Assembly: GCA_011109175.1 (NCBI GenBank)
Contig: RDEW01000007.1
Coordinates: 557,712-621,711, forward strand
Direction: 5' to 3'
DNA: 64,000 nt
From: Dicyema japonicum
Taxonomy: Eukaryota > Animalia > Dicyemida
This document shows positions 26,685-39,850 of this stretch, in pieces. Position 1 is the stretch's first letter. Each line of letters starts with the position of its first letter. Position numbers and translations under genes: made by a program. The notes under the pieces are model-generated. The model had not been told where the DNA came from. It saw nothing but the letters and a program-made list of their open reading frames with translations, and searched no databases.

Positions 26685-29600
26685 ATGCCACGAAATAGGA
26701 GAAGTTGGAGAGATACAGAAAACACCTTTGATCACATAGAATTGAATCCCAGAGAAGAGGAATTCTTAATAAACTGGAGACCATGTAAGAAAGTGTATAT
26801 TCACATTTAGCGTCGGGGACATTGTTGTTATTGGACTTTATATTCGAACTCCTACAAAGTCAATGCCCGTTCGTGGAATGGGATAATTACACAGATGGGA
26901 AATTTATAATTCGGAATGTGGAAGTGATGTCTTATGCTTGGGGAGTATACACGGGAAACTCCGAAATGAATATTGACAAATTTTGCAGAGCCTTGAGAAC
27001 AAAGTACAGACATAATTTACTCATAAAAACCGAATCAGTAGTTCATGGATTCGAATTTATAAACAGAGTAAGTTTTTTACGCAATTTTTAGGAACTTTTC
27101 ACAAGAAATAGAATCATAAATCGAGAAAACGTTCCACAAGCGAGACGGACGAGGGTTATTCTGAGACAAAATATTATAATTCCATTAACAGAACAAGAAG
27201 TATATGAATCTCGAGTAAATATGGAAACCATTCAAGACGCAACTAATTTTGGGAATCCCATAGAATCCAGTAACAGAACATTTCCAAATCCTCAAGAATC
27301 ACAGAATGTTCCACAACAAAATATTAATCAGGAATTTCAACTACAACATCGTGAGGTGGTTTTAAATCCAGAATATCAACACTTATACCAACAAACTCAA
27401 CAAAATGTTGAACAAAGAGTCCCCACAGAATATCACTATCAACAAAACGTTCCACAAGAGTTCCCAATGGAAAACTATAGCCAACAAAATGTTCAACAAG
27501 AATTCCCAGTTCATCACTATGATCAACAAAATGTTCAACAAGAGCTCCCAGTTCAATACTATGATCAACAAAATGTTCAACAAGAGTTCCCAGTTCAATA
27601 CTATGATCAACAAAATGTTCAACAAGAGTTCCCAGTTCTATACTATGATCCACAAAATGTTGAACAAGAATTCCCAGTTCTGTACTATGATCAACAAAAT
27701 GTTCAACAAGACTTCCCAGTTCTATCACTATGATCCACAAAATGTTCAACAAGAGCTCCCAGTTCAATACTATGATCAACAAAATGTTCAACAAGAGTTC
27801 CCAGTTCAACACTATGATCAACAAAATGTTCAACAAGAGTTCCCAGTTCAATACTATGATCAACAAAATGTTCAACAAGAGTTCCCAGTTCAGTAGTATG
27901 ATCAACAAAATGTTCAACAAGAGTTCCCAGTTCAATACTATGATCAACAAAATGTTCAACAAGAATTCCCAGTTCAATACTATGATCCACAAAATGTTGT
28001 ACAAGAGTTCCCAGTTGAGCACTATGATCAACAAAATGTTACAAGAGTTCCCAGTTCAATACTATGATCACAAAATGTTCAACAAGAATTCCCAGTTCAA
28101 TACTATGATCCACAAAATGTTCAACAAGAGCTCCCAGTTGAACACTATAATCAACAAAATGTTCAACAAGAGTTCCAAGTTGAACACTATGATCAACAAA
28201 ATGTTCAACAAGAGCTCCCAGTTCAACACTATGATCAACAAAATGTTCAACAAGAGTTCCCAGTTGAACACTATGATCAACAAAATGTTCAACAAGAATT
28301 CCCAGTTCATCACTATGATCAACAAAATGTTCAACAAGAGTTCCCAGTTGAACACTATGATCAACAAAATGTTCAACAAGAGTTCCCAGTTCAACACTAT
28401 GATCAACAAAATGTTATAGATGAGTTTCCATTCGATTGTTATTCTCCTCTAAATTTTGAAGATCAATCTGAATTTCAAAATGAGATCCACCAACCTCAGG
28501 AGATACCGAATCTAGATATAAGTACAGAGGATCAAAATGAACAACTTCAGTCTCAAGGAAATGCAGATCAAGAGGTAGCAGCTGAATCTCAAAAGAAAAT
28601 AAATGATACTAAAGTTGATTCCGATTGGGACAGGAATACTTTTGATTTGATGGAAGAACTGACATTAGGTAAACGATCTACCCCATGTTCTTCTATATCT
28701 TCAAGCAAAAAACAAAAACGTTTTGTTACACCTCTCCTAGATCATCCAATTTCTCCTGTTGTTTCACCCCCCGTAAATATTAATGTGTCCCCCGAAAATT
28801 CTGAAAACATTACTTCAAATCTCTTATTTGTTTTGTCTCATTTGCCAGCAGTAAACGTGGAACCTCCTGCAACCATATCTCCCAGGGATAACGAATTTGA
28901 AGATCACAGGGAACCTCCTGCAACCATATCTCCAAGGGATAACGAAATTGAAGATCACAGAGAACCTCTATCACCTATCAATATTGAGAGACCAATTGAG
29001 AGATCTGTAAGAAGATTAAGACAAGATCATTTAATTTCTGAGAATATCTATCATTATGATCCGGAATCAGGATCTTTTCAGAACAGAGCCAAAATTCAAG
29101 CAACGGAAGCTGATTTTGTGGATCAAAATGAAGAAATAATTCAAACAACATCGGATAACCAAACAGAAATAGAAAATGTACCAGTCTCGGGAATTGAGGA
29201 AGAAAATCAAAATCGACAAATATCGGATGCCCAAACAACTCCAATCCCCCAACCGAGTCCAGAATTTCAAATTCAAGAATCTTCAATTTATCCAAATACT
29301 CTTACACCGAGAACCCCAATAAGGAATACATTTCTATTACAAGTTCGACCCACCGCTGAAACTCCCGGGGATCAAAGCCAGAGAGTCTTAATTTCCCAAG
29401 TTCAGAAATTTGTTTGAGGACGCAAGTTCAACCAAGAAATGAAACTATGCCTCAGACTGAACGTCCACAATATAGGTAATATTTCGTCATACTTCATAGA
29501 GCACGTTCAATGCCACGTGGACAATCATATAATTTATCCATGTACAATCCAAATCAAAGAAACCCAATACGCTTTCCGATGGCCAATATCAGAGAATCTT

Positions 29601-30085
29601 CCCATATGCGAATTCAACCTCCATTAAGATTTTGCAGAAATCCCAGTTATGGGCAGCGGATGCATCTAAGATACCCTCAAAGTCAACAAATGACTCAGAA
29701 TCCCCATTATAATGAGGAATATCAGAGAACTCATATTGACAGTTCGCAAACTATGGACAGTTATCCGCCCTCTTACAATTCACAGAACTTCTACTATCAT
29801 CCGTCCTCTTATGCTTTACAGAACCCCTACCATCCTTCGTCTGCCTATGCTGGACAATTTCCCTACCACCCTTCGTCTGCTTATGCTGGACAATTCCCCT
29901 ACCACCCTTCATCTATTTATGGTTCACAGACTATTCGCTACTCTCCGTCTACTTTTAGTTCACAAAGTCCCCAATATCCTTCGTCTATTCATAATCCTGT
30001 TGGTAGCAATCAAGCGGAGTCTAGTAGCAGTAATCCTCAATCGGAAGAAAGTCAACGCTCAAGACGGAGTTCAAGACATAATTAA
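26685..30085 (+). CDS. Divergent ETS-domain transcription factor with a long Q/Y-rich low-complexity C-terminus (frameshifts and one stop within the repeat as assembled)
   Basis: LLDFIFELL..CPFVEW..DGKF...AWG...MNIDKFCRALRTKY...K...F.F is an ETS fold pattern. Introns of 26, 24 and 24 nt link ORFs 26822, 27221, 28647 and 29510. Confidence 0.8.
27395..28425 (+). repeat. 42-nt coding minisatellite, ~24 copies (QQNVQQEFPVQYYD)
   Basis: CAACAAAATGTTCAACAAGAGTTCCCAGTTCAATACTATGAT tandem array. Confidence 0.95.
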
Positions 30086-30529
30086 CTATAGTTAGAATAT
30101 TTAAATTTATTTATATATGTCTTTGTTGATAATTTCATAGTATAAAATTATATTAAAAAAATTCAATTTAATCGTCCTGTCTAAATTATTATTTTATTTA
30201 AACACCTCAAGACCACGGTCAAAAATCTAGACTAACAATTTAAAAAATATTATCTGATATGTGGGGCAACCAATTGCAATAAATTACAATTAAATATAAT
30301 TTAATAAAAATTTGATAAATAATAAAGTAGTGAATAATAATTAATTTTAGTTATCTTTTTTAATTTAAATTTGCACTTTTTGCAAAAATGTTTCGATTTT
30401 TAATTATTTTAGGCCAAAGAATCAGTTAATATCAAAGAATCAGGCCCACGTTGTTTTCAAGTTTAACCGAAATCAGTTTAAACTATTTGGTTTTAATTTT
30501 TTATAATAAAATAATTTTTAACAAAGAAA

Positions 30530-30925
30530 CAGGTGTTAGTTGAATCCCTCGGAGTATGGCCATTCCAATCTTCTGTCTCAGCCATAACCCTTCTCGTTGA
30601 TCCCTTTTCTTTCTGGCAAGCATTCCTCCGAGTTCTCGCAAGAACTCAGCCGTCATTGGACCAACGGCTCCCGATGATTCGATCGCAACAGGAGTAAATC
30701 GGTAACGATCCCCGAGGCAAGAATATTTCTTGATTTTTAGGTTCTCAGCGGTCGAAGCAGCTGCTCCAGGTGTCTGAACCGATTTGAAAATATTCGTGCT
30801 TGAAAACGTGCATACACAAGTTGCGTCCCAGATCAAAGATCTTCCAGACGTGAAGGGGAAAAGGGTCATCCCGAACATTTCACTGCTGAACCGGATCGTC
30901 TATAAAGGACATACACGAAACAAAC
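30530..30925. mobile_element. CRE 3' fragment (-, 30530-30872) abutting a SINE core fragment (+, 30873-30925)
   Basis: GMTLFPFTSGRSLIWDATCVCT...KKY...PVAIESSG...WLRQKIGMAILRG; TTCACTGCTGAACCGGATCGTCTATAAAGGAC. Confidence 0.8.
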
Positions 30926-31319
30926 ATTCCTTGAAAAAGGATTTTCTCTCCCATTCCACTGTAAGGGTTACCACAACAGTAAAGAATGGACCTTTGCAAC
31001 GTGTGAACTGAATACGCTTAATTAGTTGTCTACTTCTTCCCCAATGTGTGTGTCTGGGGTTAATAATAATCAACTACCAAATACATTAGAAATAAACTGG
31101 ACTACCCCCGTTATGCACGCTTTTATAGGAAGCGGGTTGCAGAGCTAGTAGCTCTTACCAGCTCAGAGCGAAGGGAAGTTCCTGGTATCATCAAGATTCT
31201 TGAATATATATCTATCGACATCCCATGGGGACCAATACTGGAACAAGGTTTTTGTTTCATTACAAAAAATACTACACGATTAAGCTAAGGATTAGTGAAG
31301 ATAACTCAATGTGATTTAT

Positions 31320-31497
31320 ATAGTCCTTCCAATGTCATACAAGTCCATCCAGAACCACCATAAATGGTGGAAGACGTCCATTCCTTGCACTTGTGGAAAC
31401 CCATCCAGTGGAGCTGGGGAGAGCAAATGATCCCTTTTCGTTCCACCCTGGTACTGGGCGCCACCTGAGACATGTGGATCACATGACGTCACTCGGA
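31320..31497. repeat. Dispersed repeat family X copy
   Basis: Aligns with 60567-60755 and 41170-41348 (CCAGTGGAG..GGG.AGAGCAA.TGATCC.TTTTCGT...GTGGATCACATGACG). Confidence 0.75.
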
Positions 31498-32149
31498 TGA
31501 GAAGAGGAACAGACGAAACAACAGTAATCTTGTTTATCGTGTCAAAGACACCTGTGGCTTGTGTGATTTGCCTTATATGGAAAGTTATACAGGAAGCTCT
31601 CATCTCCCTCAAAATAGAGTTACAGAGAGGTTCTATCCATATTTATGAATTATCTCTTGGGTACAATACCAGCAAGAATGAGAAAAAATGCAAAAAACTA
31701 AAGACCAATAAATTTTGTCTGCCAGTTTCCGAAAAATTATGGAAGAATAATCTCGAAGACAAGGTTCGGATGATCAATGGGGATTCGATGGGGATTCGGT
31801 CGAAACAGAGAATTAGTGATAGTTTAAAAATTATCAACGAAAATTATTTTGGGAAGAGGAATTTCACAAAAATCTGTTCTGAGCCAACATTAACCGCGTG
31901 ATGACCTAATTACCTAAAATGGAGCATTCTAATACGAATACGATTATGCGGCTGACGACAGTTGAATAAACAGGAGGGGGTATCTAACCACATTGGTAAA
32001 TTGAAAAATGGTTCCATAACAGGGGGACTATCCTATTCTCGTGAAAAAAACGTGTACTGTTTTGAGAATTGAACTTAAGATTTAAGCCGAGCTCAAACGC
32101 TCCTGGAAGTTCATACTCTTGCTGGAGCACTTAAGATGATTCCTTATCT

Positions 32150-32845
32150 CCAATCAATGAAACGATTCCTTCACGGACCACCCTTCCTCGCATTTACTTC
32201 CAAACAAACCAACAGCCCTTTTACTATCCTCGTGGAATTCTGATTCCAATCGAGACTGAATTCCATGGCTAGATTCCTGTATGAAATAATCATGGTCTCC
32301 AAGCTTTTCTTGATTATCAGCGTCTATACACGTTCTTTCACCAATATTGGATGACCTAACATACCCACGAATGCACGTGGATAAAAAAGTAATTTATTTT
32401 CAACAAGGCAGGTAAATATCGAAGGAAAATCAAAATCATCGACAATCATAAGATTGTTGTCAAAAATTTTGATTTCGACATCATCAGTCCCTGGTTTGAG
32501 GACTACATAAACTCCTGGGCCATTCCAACCAGCAGCAATATCATCTGACGCGATAAACATTCTGGTCTGATCCAAGAGCTTTGTACATCATCCACTTGTG
32601 ATTGTTGTAGCCATTGAACTTCAAATCAACTTTATGTTGACCACCAATCTTCAAAATTCCGTGAAAACAGTTGTTATTTTGCATCTTTTCAGTCAATACA
32701 TCAATTTGGGAGGACGAAACCTGAACTTTGGGTACATGAATGGTTTGAAACATTCCAACGACAGACACTAAAACATATAACAGAGATTTTTACAAATAAA
32801 GTTAATCACAGTGGTTGTGACCAAAATACCAACTGCATTCCCCAT
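32150..32845 (-). CDS. Possible orphan protein-coding gene, unrecognised
   Basis: Two overlapping coding-like ORFs (32541..32768 and 32324..32575), a candidate ATG-GGG-AAT start with a GT..AG intron, and an AT-rich upstream region; no family recognised. Confidence 0.3.
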
Positions 32846-32967
32846 TTTAGAATTGCATAATGCGCATTGCTCTTTAAATGTCGCCTTATTTTTATTTCCT
32901 AATTTGTCCTTTTTTGCGTAAATTTACTATTTTGCTTTTTATGTTAAGGGAGATTAATAGTTAAGTT

Positions 32968-33105
32968 TAATTAAGGTATATTCAGTTCCCACGGTCGGAG
33001 TGGGAAGTATCCTCTCCAAGCACTATCTGCCGTTGTTGGAGCCCCAACATTGGAGTAGAGGGAGAGAGACCAGTATTGGACGTCGAGCAGCCAATGGGCG
33101 CCTCA
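32968..33105. repeat. Dispersed repeat family X copy
   Basis: Colinear similarity to 4985-5124. Confidence 0.7.
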
Positions 33106-33599
33106 AAAGACAAGTAAATCCATAACGTCTCTTATTTATTAACCAACAGTTTACTATTTTTGTTAAGCTCATCACAAACAATCACATGTTTGGCAATAAA
33201 CCTTGTCGTGTTGGGGCTGAGCATATTGAAGTTTGTTTATCCTGGAAGCAGATCACTGACCCTGCTGAACGTATCGGATCGCTGATCGCGAAATGAAGAA
33301 AGATATTAGAGAAAGGAGCGGGCTTATTTAGCTAGGTTTTCAATTCCGACTGAAAGGAACTTCTAGTCTTTCTCGTGATTTCGGGGATAATAAATTAAAA
33401 ATTTTTGAATTTTGATTTATTAGTTGCCATAAATGCCATTTTATGTGACATTTTTTGAAAATTTAGTTGCCATAAAAATTGCCCTAGTCATAGGGGTAAG
33501 GGAACGGGCACTGCCCGGATTGACGTAAAAAGGCGTTTGACACGGTAGATCGACGACTTTTTAATTCAAATTTCGGGGAAGTCTGGATTACCTTAGTTT

Positions 33600-36245
33600 A
33601 TTTTGAGATTGGTTGGGCACCTGATTGCTAAGCGGAGAGTCAATTCGTAATGTCCGCATAGAGCAATTGATTCTGGAGGGAGATAGTTTATCTTCTACGC
33701 TTTTTTATATCATCCCCACTTAGCCGTCTATTATCTGAAAAGTACCCTAAAGTCTCTATGGGACATGAAGATCTTGTTTGTTCATCATTTTCGGAAATTG
33801 ATCTTATCTTATTTTGAAGCTTATTTGGAGCAGTGGAGATGTTGTTAGAATGATGGAAGATGCAACGCTGAAATTGAGCCATAAGAGTCTGAGCTTGTGG
33901 ATAAAAACATTCGGACAACGTTAATGAACATTAGACACATCTCCGAACAGTCAGAAAGTGTATCTATCCCTTAACAACCTAAGAAGAGAATGCGTTGTCT
34001 CATTGCTGAGTGAAAGTATGCTCATGGGATCGTGTGGTAACTTGGGCCACAGAAGTGGTGTTTGAAAGATGAGGTTCTCAATTCTGTCAGAAATTCAAGA
34101 CTCATTTAGCTACTATTGAAGAATAGGTGTCCAGACATTTGGCCTACATGACAGGAAATTTAGCACAAATAACTAAGAAATATGCCATACTTTTTATTAG
34201 CACATTGTTTTAAAATTCAGAGATAAAATTAAAGATAAAAACATCAAATAAAAAGAGTTAAAAAGTTACATCAATACTCATTGTTCTGTAGGTAAAACAG
34301 TTAAGATTTACTTAAAGGTTATGAGAAAACGCACTCAAAAATTCTACTGGAGTGTATTCATCATATTTTTCAATAATACTGTTCATCCTTTTGTTCACAT
34401 CCTGGTACTTCTTTACTTGTCTTATAGTTATTCCGGCCATCACTTGTTCTACTGTGAGCTCCCACTCTGACTGTTCTCGTATTTTTGCAACAAGCCGACG
34501 AACGGTTGGATGTTTTATAGACACTCTTTGTGAAAAAGATCTGTGTCATCCTTCATGTGAATTCGTAGTTCTTGGGAAGCCTTCTGCCTGTCTGTTATGT
34601 ACATTTCCAAACTAAACAATGGTCTTTTCTTTCCACGTTGCAAGGCTCCGATCCATGTTGTCTCAAAATAGGTCAGAAAATCTCCCAACACGTCATCAGT
34701 CTCGTAATCAATAATTTCAAGGAGCGCTCGGAAACTCTCAATGTCTTGAGGTACAGGAACAAATGCCAGTGCTTGAATACTTTTAATTAAGTTTGCATTT
34801 GCTGGGTCATACCATGCCTGCAGTCCTAGATTTTGTATTTTTCGCCATAAACACTGCCCAAAGTAAAAGTAGCAGCCATACACATTTGCATTTGGAAAAA
34901 TTCTGTTGATAGCATTGATCGCTGCTCGCTCATAATCTATGGTAAATGATAGTGGATTCAATTGTGGCCTTTTCTCTTTCAGTGTTGAAAATGTTTGTTC
35001 ATACATTGTTGAGATTTTTCTCGAGCAATAGCGTACACTAATGGAACCGTACACGTTTCACATAATGTAACATGTGTATAACTGAAAACCTAATGGAGCT
35101 GAATCAAAAGTACCATCACATAACCAATGTTCTTTCATAGACATAAGATCAAGGTTTCTTGCTGTTGTTAATATAAGCAATCCATCACTATCGTGTAGCA
35201 CAAAATCATCTCTGAGAGTACTTCTAAGTTCATCAGTTAGAACATTACCGTCTTGTATTTGATCTGTACGCTGTCGTCGAACAGTACGTGCAAGGGTTTC
35301 TTTTTTGGGTAGCGCACAAGCAGCAATAGGGTATGTGCAAAACAATTTTGGATAACTGTGGATGTAGTTTCTTCAGAATCTCTCGCTCTCTTCTTTATCG
35401 TATTGACGGTTTTCAGCGCATGTAAACGTCCTGCATTTGGTGGATGTTCGTGTGGTGTCATAGTTCCATTAAGTTCTTCGTTAACAGTTCTTACTCTGCC
35501 TTTGCATTTTCCTTTCAGCTCACATCTCCAATATATGACATTGTCGCTCTGTCTATCCATAATGTACGCATAGCAGAAGTTTTTTTTCCACAAGTGGTTT
35601 GTGTAAATTCCATTTTTTACCATTATTAAAATACATAGTGTATTTTTTGATCATTTATGCTTAATTGAATTGTCGGCTAAATGTCCTGTCGGCCAAATGT
35701 CCTAGTACCGAAGAATATGAGGCACAAATAGTCCTTGGAAAACACTGATAAGCCTAAGCTTTTGTTGAAGATTCAAAACGAATTCTTGTCACGCCGGGAG
35801 ATTCCTTCGCCATGCCATGTTAAACTCGTCTGTCATAAGGGCTATTGAGGACTCCGGGTTTACTTGCCTTCTGAAGTTATCGGATTTGACAGAAGTTACA
35901 GCAAGAGACCGGATGGAGTCACGACCATACCGTGGAGCCAAGGTTTCAAGCTTGGGATTCGACGTGCACAGACACTTTCTCTAACGCAAATCTGCTCAAG
36001 TCATCGTTGTGCGCGGGTTCCGCAGCGAGTACTTCTGAAGATTCAAAAAGGAGGAAGTACCTCGGCATTAGGATCGGTTCACATTCCAGCAATCTCCGTT
36101 GAGATGTCTGGCGTGCTTGTCCCGAGCTTATAGGTTAATCAGACTACTATAGGACTGCTAAAGGAGAATGACACGATGACTTTTCAAGAACATCGGAGTA
36201 GCAACCACGATGGGTAACTCTTATTCTGTGCTCAATGCATGCAGG
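33600..36245 (+). mobile_element. Decayed CRE element interrupted by the MULE insertion
   Basis: Right part reads GRFLRHAMLN...FDRSYSKRPDGVTTIPWSQG...PAISVEMSG; the left part is RT-C-terminal-like. Confidence 0.6.
34126..35709 (-). mobile_element. Mutator-like (MULE/Phantom-type) DNA transposon with FLYWCH domain and frameshifted transposase
   Basis: IYWRCELKGKCKGR...HEH (FLYWCH), WLCDGTF, IDYERAAINA..FP..VYGCYFYFGQCLWRKIQ, YFETTWIG. Imperfect TIRs GGT..(A)GACATTTGGCC; 8-bp TSD GAAGAATA at 34118-34125 and 35710-35717. Confidence 0.92.
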
Positions 36246-36469
36246 CCATAATGGAGACTTTGTAATAATATGTCACGTGGGTGGCTTGAATAACTCTTAT
36301 GAACCACATTTAACTAATTCAGTAATTCTAAATAAAAAAATTAATTCAAACTGTATTTATTAAATGGAATAACCTGATTTCTTTTAATTTTAGCAGCATG
36401 GCTTTAGTGATTTTTATGTCTCAATTTAAGGGGTATATCAGAGATCTTGTCAAATATGAAAAATAGCGA

Positions 36470-36785
36470 TAATAATAATAACAGCCTAACGAAACGAGAG
36501 CCATAATATTTGTAGCTCCGCATAGACAGGATACACACTCTATTTAAGTAAAGAACAGTTAATTTTAACTAATCGTAGAACCAAGGAATGATCTTCACTT
36601 CTTTTTCTGATGTGTGGGTCCCTTTTAGACAATCCAGTTCCGCAGTGAGTATCTACTGATGATGGCGTCACTCGTCAAACCCCTCTAGCATCGTAGATGC
36701 GTGGAACATTCCACCAGGTGAACGAGAATCGAACCTGTAACCTAAGCCACTTTAGCCCGATACCTAGCCACTATGCCACCCGGCT
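36470..36785 (-). mobile_element. Full-length-like tRNA-derived SINE
   Basis: Head with Pol III A box (TGGCATAGTGG) and B box (GGTTCGATTCTC), shared core, (TTA)n tail. Confidence 0.85.
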
Positions 36786-37046
36786 GTAATATTTATAATT
36801 AATTTTTTTTTATTCGGATGAATTATAATTTTTATAATTAATTAATTTTTTATACGGATAACCGTAATCAAATAAATTATTTACATGCATCATCCCCGTG
36901 ATATGTCTAGTTCAATGAATGGTACTAAATGCTACATTAAAGACGTCTCTGCTTATAAGCAAATAAAAAATATTCTTGAAGGTATATTGAGATACATAAA
37001 GGAGGACAAAGAGCTCAATAACATTGATCGAAGAATCTGCAACCGC

Positions 37047-37185
37047 ATAGGTTGTAGTGTCTATCAAAAGAACAGCTGACGAATGCCGTATAGGGTTGTA
37101 GTCTCTATCTGAAGAACAGCGGCCGAAGATCCCATAGGGATATAGTGTCTATCTGAAGAATAGCGGCCGAAAGCCCCATAGGATG
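37047..37185. repeat. ~43-nt tandem repeat x3
   Basis: CATAGG..GTAGT.TCTATC..AAGAA.AGC.G.CGAA three times. Confidence 0.8.
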
Positions 37186-39189
37186 TAATTTCATTCTCAA
37201 AAGTTGTTCTATCTAATTTTTTTAGTTTAAAAATCTGGTGTGCGCTTCGCTCCGCGATCGCGACATAATATTGTTATATTTCTTACGTGACCTGAACTTT
37301 ACTCTGATATCAAAAGGCATTGCGTGAAGTGGAGTTAGCCAGGGAGAAGGTGCGAAGATCTCGTTTAACAACTGCGTCTTGCAGAAAAAGACTCGTCGGT
37401 GGGATCTGTTTGACAAGAGTTGACATTCGCTGAAAAGTCCATCTTTTGGATTCGAACCAGCTTATTTATTTAACACTTTAAAAAATTTTGAATTTTCTAA
37501 ATGTTTTACTAATTTAGTTGACCAAAATTTTAGATCTCTCATGAAACATTTAACTGGTTTATGGGAGAACCATGGTTTTCCCCGTCAGGTCAATCAAGAA
37601 TAAGTTAAATAGAACGGGGGATACGATGAACCTTTTAAAATTCCGTTAGTTTTAAATTTCTAACGATTTTCCTCCTGTGTTTGTCGAGGAAGTCATTGCT
37701 TGGTATGCTTTAGACAAAAGCCCCCTAGAAGGAGTCTAATCTCGTATGTACATCAATCGATCATACTAAGGACTTTTGGTGTTTGATTACATTGTAGGAT
37801 TAGGAAATAGGTCCTTCGTGTGAGTTGTCGTTGATCCACTTGTGATAAACAATTTCATGCCCTCTTCAATAGTCTGTTGGAGTAGGCTACATAGGGTCGT
37901 GGTGTCTCTTGAAGTTATAAAACACAAATCAGTGGGGTTAGCAGACAGGTGTTGGTCGGAATATGTTAAACTGTCATTGGGCCTGAACGGAGTTCTGTGT
38001 TCATTAATGGGTCGTTTAAAATTACTAGGTTATCCAGTTTGAACTTCCTTCTCCTATCTACCACTTGGTTGTTCACTTCAGATCTTAATAATACATTTTT
38101 AATTTAAATCTAATAAATTATGCTAGTGAAAAGGAAGCGAAATTAAAGCACACATGTGTATTTCATCGACTCAGCTATCTGTGATAATGCGTTCCTAGAA
38201 ACAGATAGAGTTTATTCATTCTTAGAATTCAAATAAGGTGACAAATATCGATTTGAATTTTGACGAGGAAGACCCGTTTCGATTCCGGCCACATCCAATG
38301 ACCACGAAGGTAGATTTTACGACAAACTTAGAGACAATAAATCCAAAAGGATGCTAATGGTAAATAAGCCAATAATTCGTGTTAGTTAATTCAAAAAAGA
38401 GAAAATTAAATTAGTCATTACTAAAAACGAGATTTGACAAATTTAACGATCTCCACATTATATCTTTCGCTGTAGCAGAAGTACAGTCTCAATCCCATCG
38501 ATAGAATGCAAAAAGCCTAAATATCAAAATGATAATACAAGCGAACATCCTGCGTAATTTGTAATAAGTAATTTACAAGATAACGCCTTAGCAGATAAAA
38601 CAAGTCCCAAAAAAAGTGAGATGATTGATAAAGCCATTACACATATAATCTAAAATATGAATTATCACAACTGAGATATCTACTCCCTTCCCCAATATGT
38701 ATTTGTCAATTCCAGCAGCGAAGAAGATCACAGTGAAAGTAGAAAAGCTAAATGCTACAGTTATGAATCCATATGAAATCATCATTTCGTTACAAATGAC
38801 TCCAGCAACTCCAGCAATTATCGTGTTTAATAGGTCGATGACCTATTTAATGTTTAATGTTAGATCACTACAATTAATGAACATAGGATTATCCCGTTCT
38901 TTGATTGGACAAAGGTCACAATATTATTTTTCCTTAAATAATTTAACAAAATATACATGGAGGACATGTCAAACTGCAAGTCAATCAAAAAATGAATTCA
39001 AATTGAATAAATTTTATTTTAAAGTTTGGTTCGAAATAATAAAATTAATTTATTAATATTATTATTTTTAATCAGAATTTTTTATTAACCGAAATCAAAA
39101 AGTTTTGTAAAAAATAAATTCTGATTGTTCATCCCCATCACCAGAAATACCAAAAAACGACATACAGTACAACCTCGATTTAGAACTCC

Positions 39190-39850
39190 AAGCGTTCCAA
39201 ATGAACACATCTTTCAACATGTTATGTAGACTATTGAAAAATGGTTCCTAATCGTCAACCCAAAAAAGTCTAAAGTCTAAAACAAAATCAGATTAGCGTT
39301 GGAGACGTATGAAGAAGCTAAGATCAGTGTTAGAATACTCAATAGATTTAATACACAGAAATATTTAGTGACGACCTCATTAAAGAAAATATGGGTCATT
39401 ATTTTCGAAAGGTAAATCTTTGAATAAAAAAGAGATAAAGACCTTGCACCTTTTTCGTTATCCCAGTCCTATTCTGGAAATTGGGGAATTTCTGAGAGTG
39501 AACTCGAAAAACAGGACTCATTCCATCGAAATCAACAAGATATTGGAATTTATTGGCCAAAGAAAATAACCAACTCAAAACTATACGACATTGCACGTGG
39601 CAGAAACAATCCATAGAAGTTGGAATATGGAAATTATTTGGTCACATTCTACGGTTGGAGATTATGTTCCGGGTAATGAGGTAATGGATGTGTATTTCAA
39701 TTGCTATGGACTCGATTGCTTCCGTGGAAGACCGACAACTACCTTACCTATATTTCGAATAAAGACCTTTCAGAACTGGGTCTGAGGACGAGGGACGATC
39801 TTGGTACACTAAGAGCAAAGACGAGGAAAGTGGTTAACAAAAGAAATGTG
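39190..39850 (+). mobile_element. RTE-like 3' remnant
   Basis: FGHIL..., FRGRPTTTLP...KDLSELGL. Confidence 0.55.

Noticed and set aside
27395-28425. CRISPR-like regular array, and antisense/alternate-frame ORFs (LLIIVLNWELLLN; VEHFVDHSIELG)
   Set aside because: No unique spacers; it is a 42-nt coding minisatellite whose stop-free unit generates shadow ORFs.
36700-36785. Functional tRNA gene
   Set aside because: No acceptor-stem closure, and it continues into a multi-copy SINE body.
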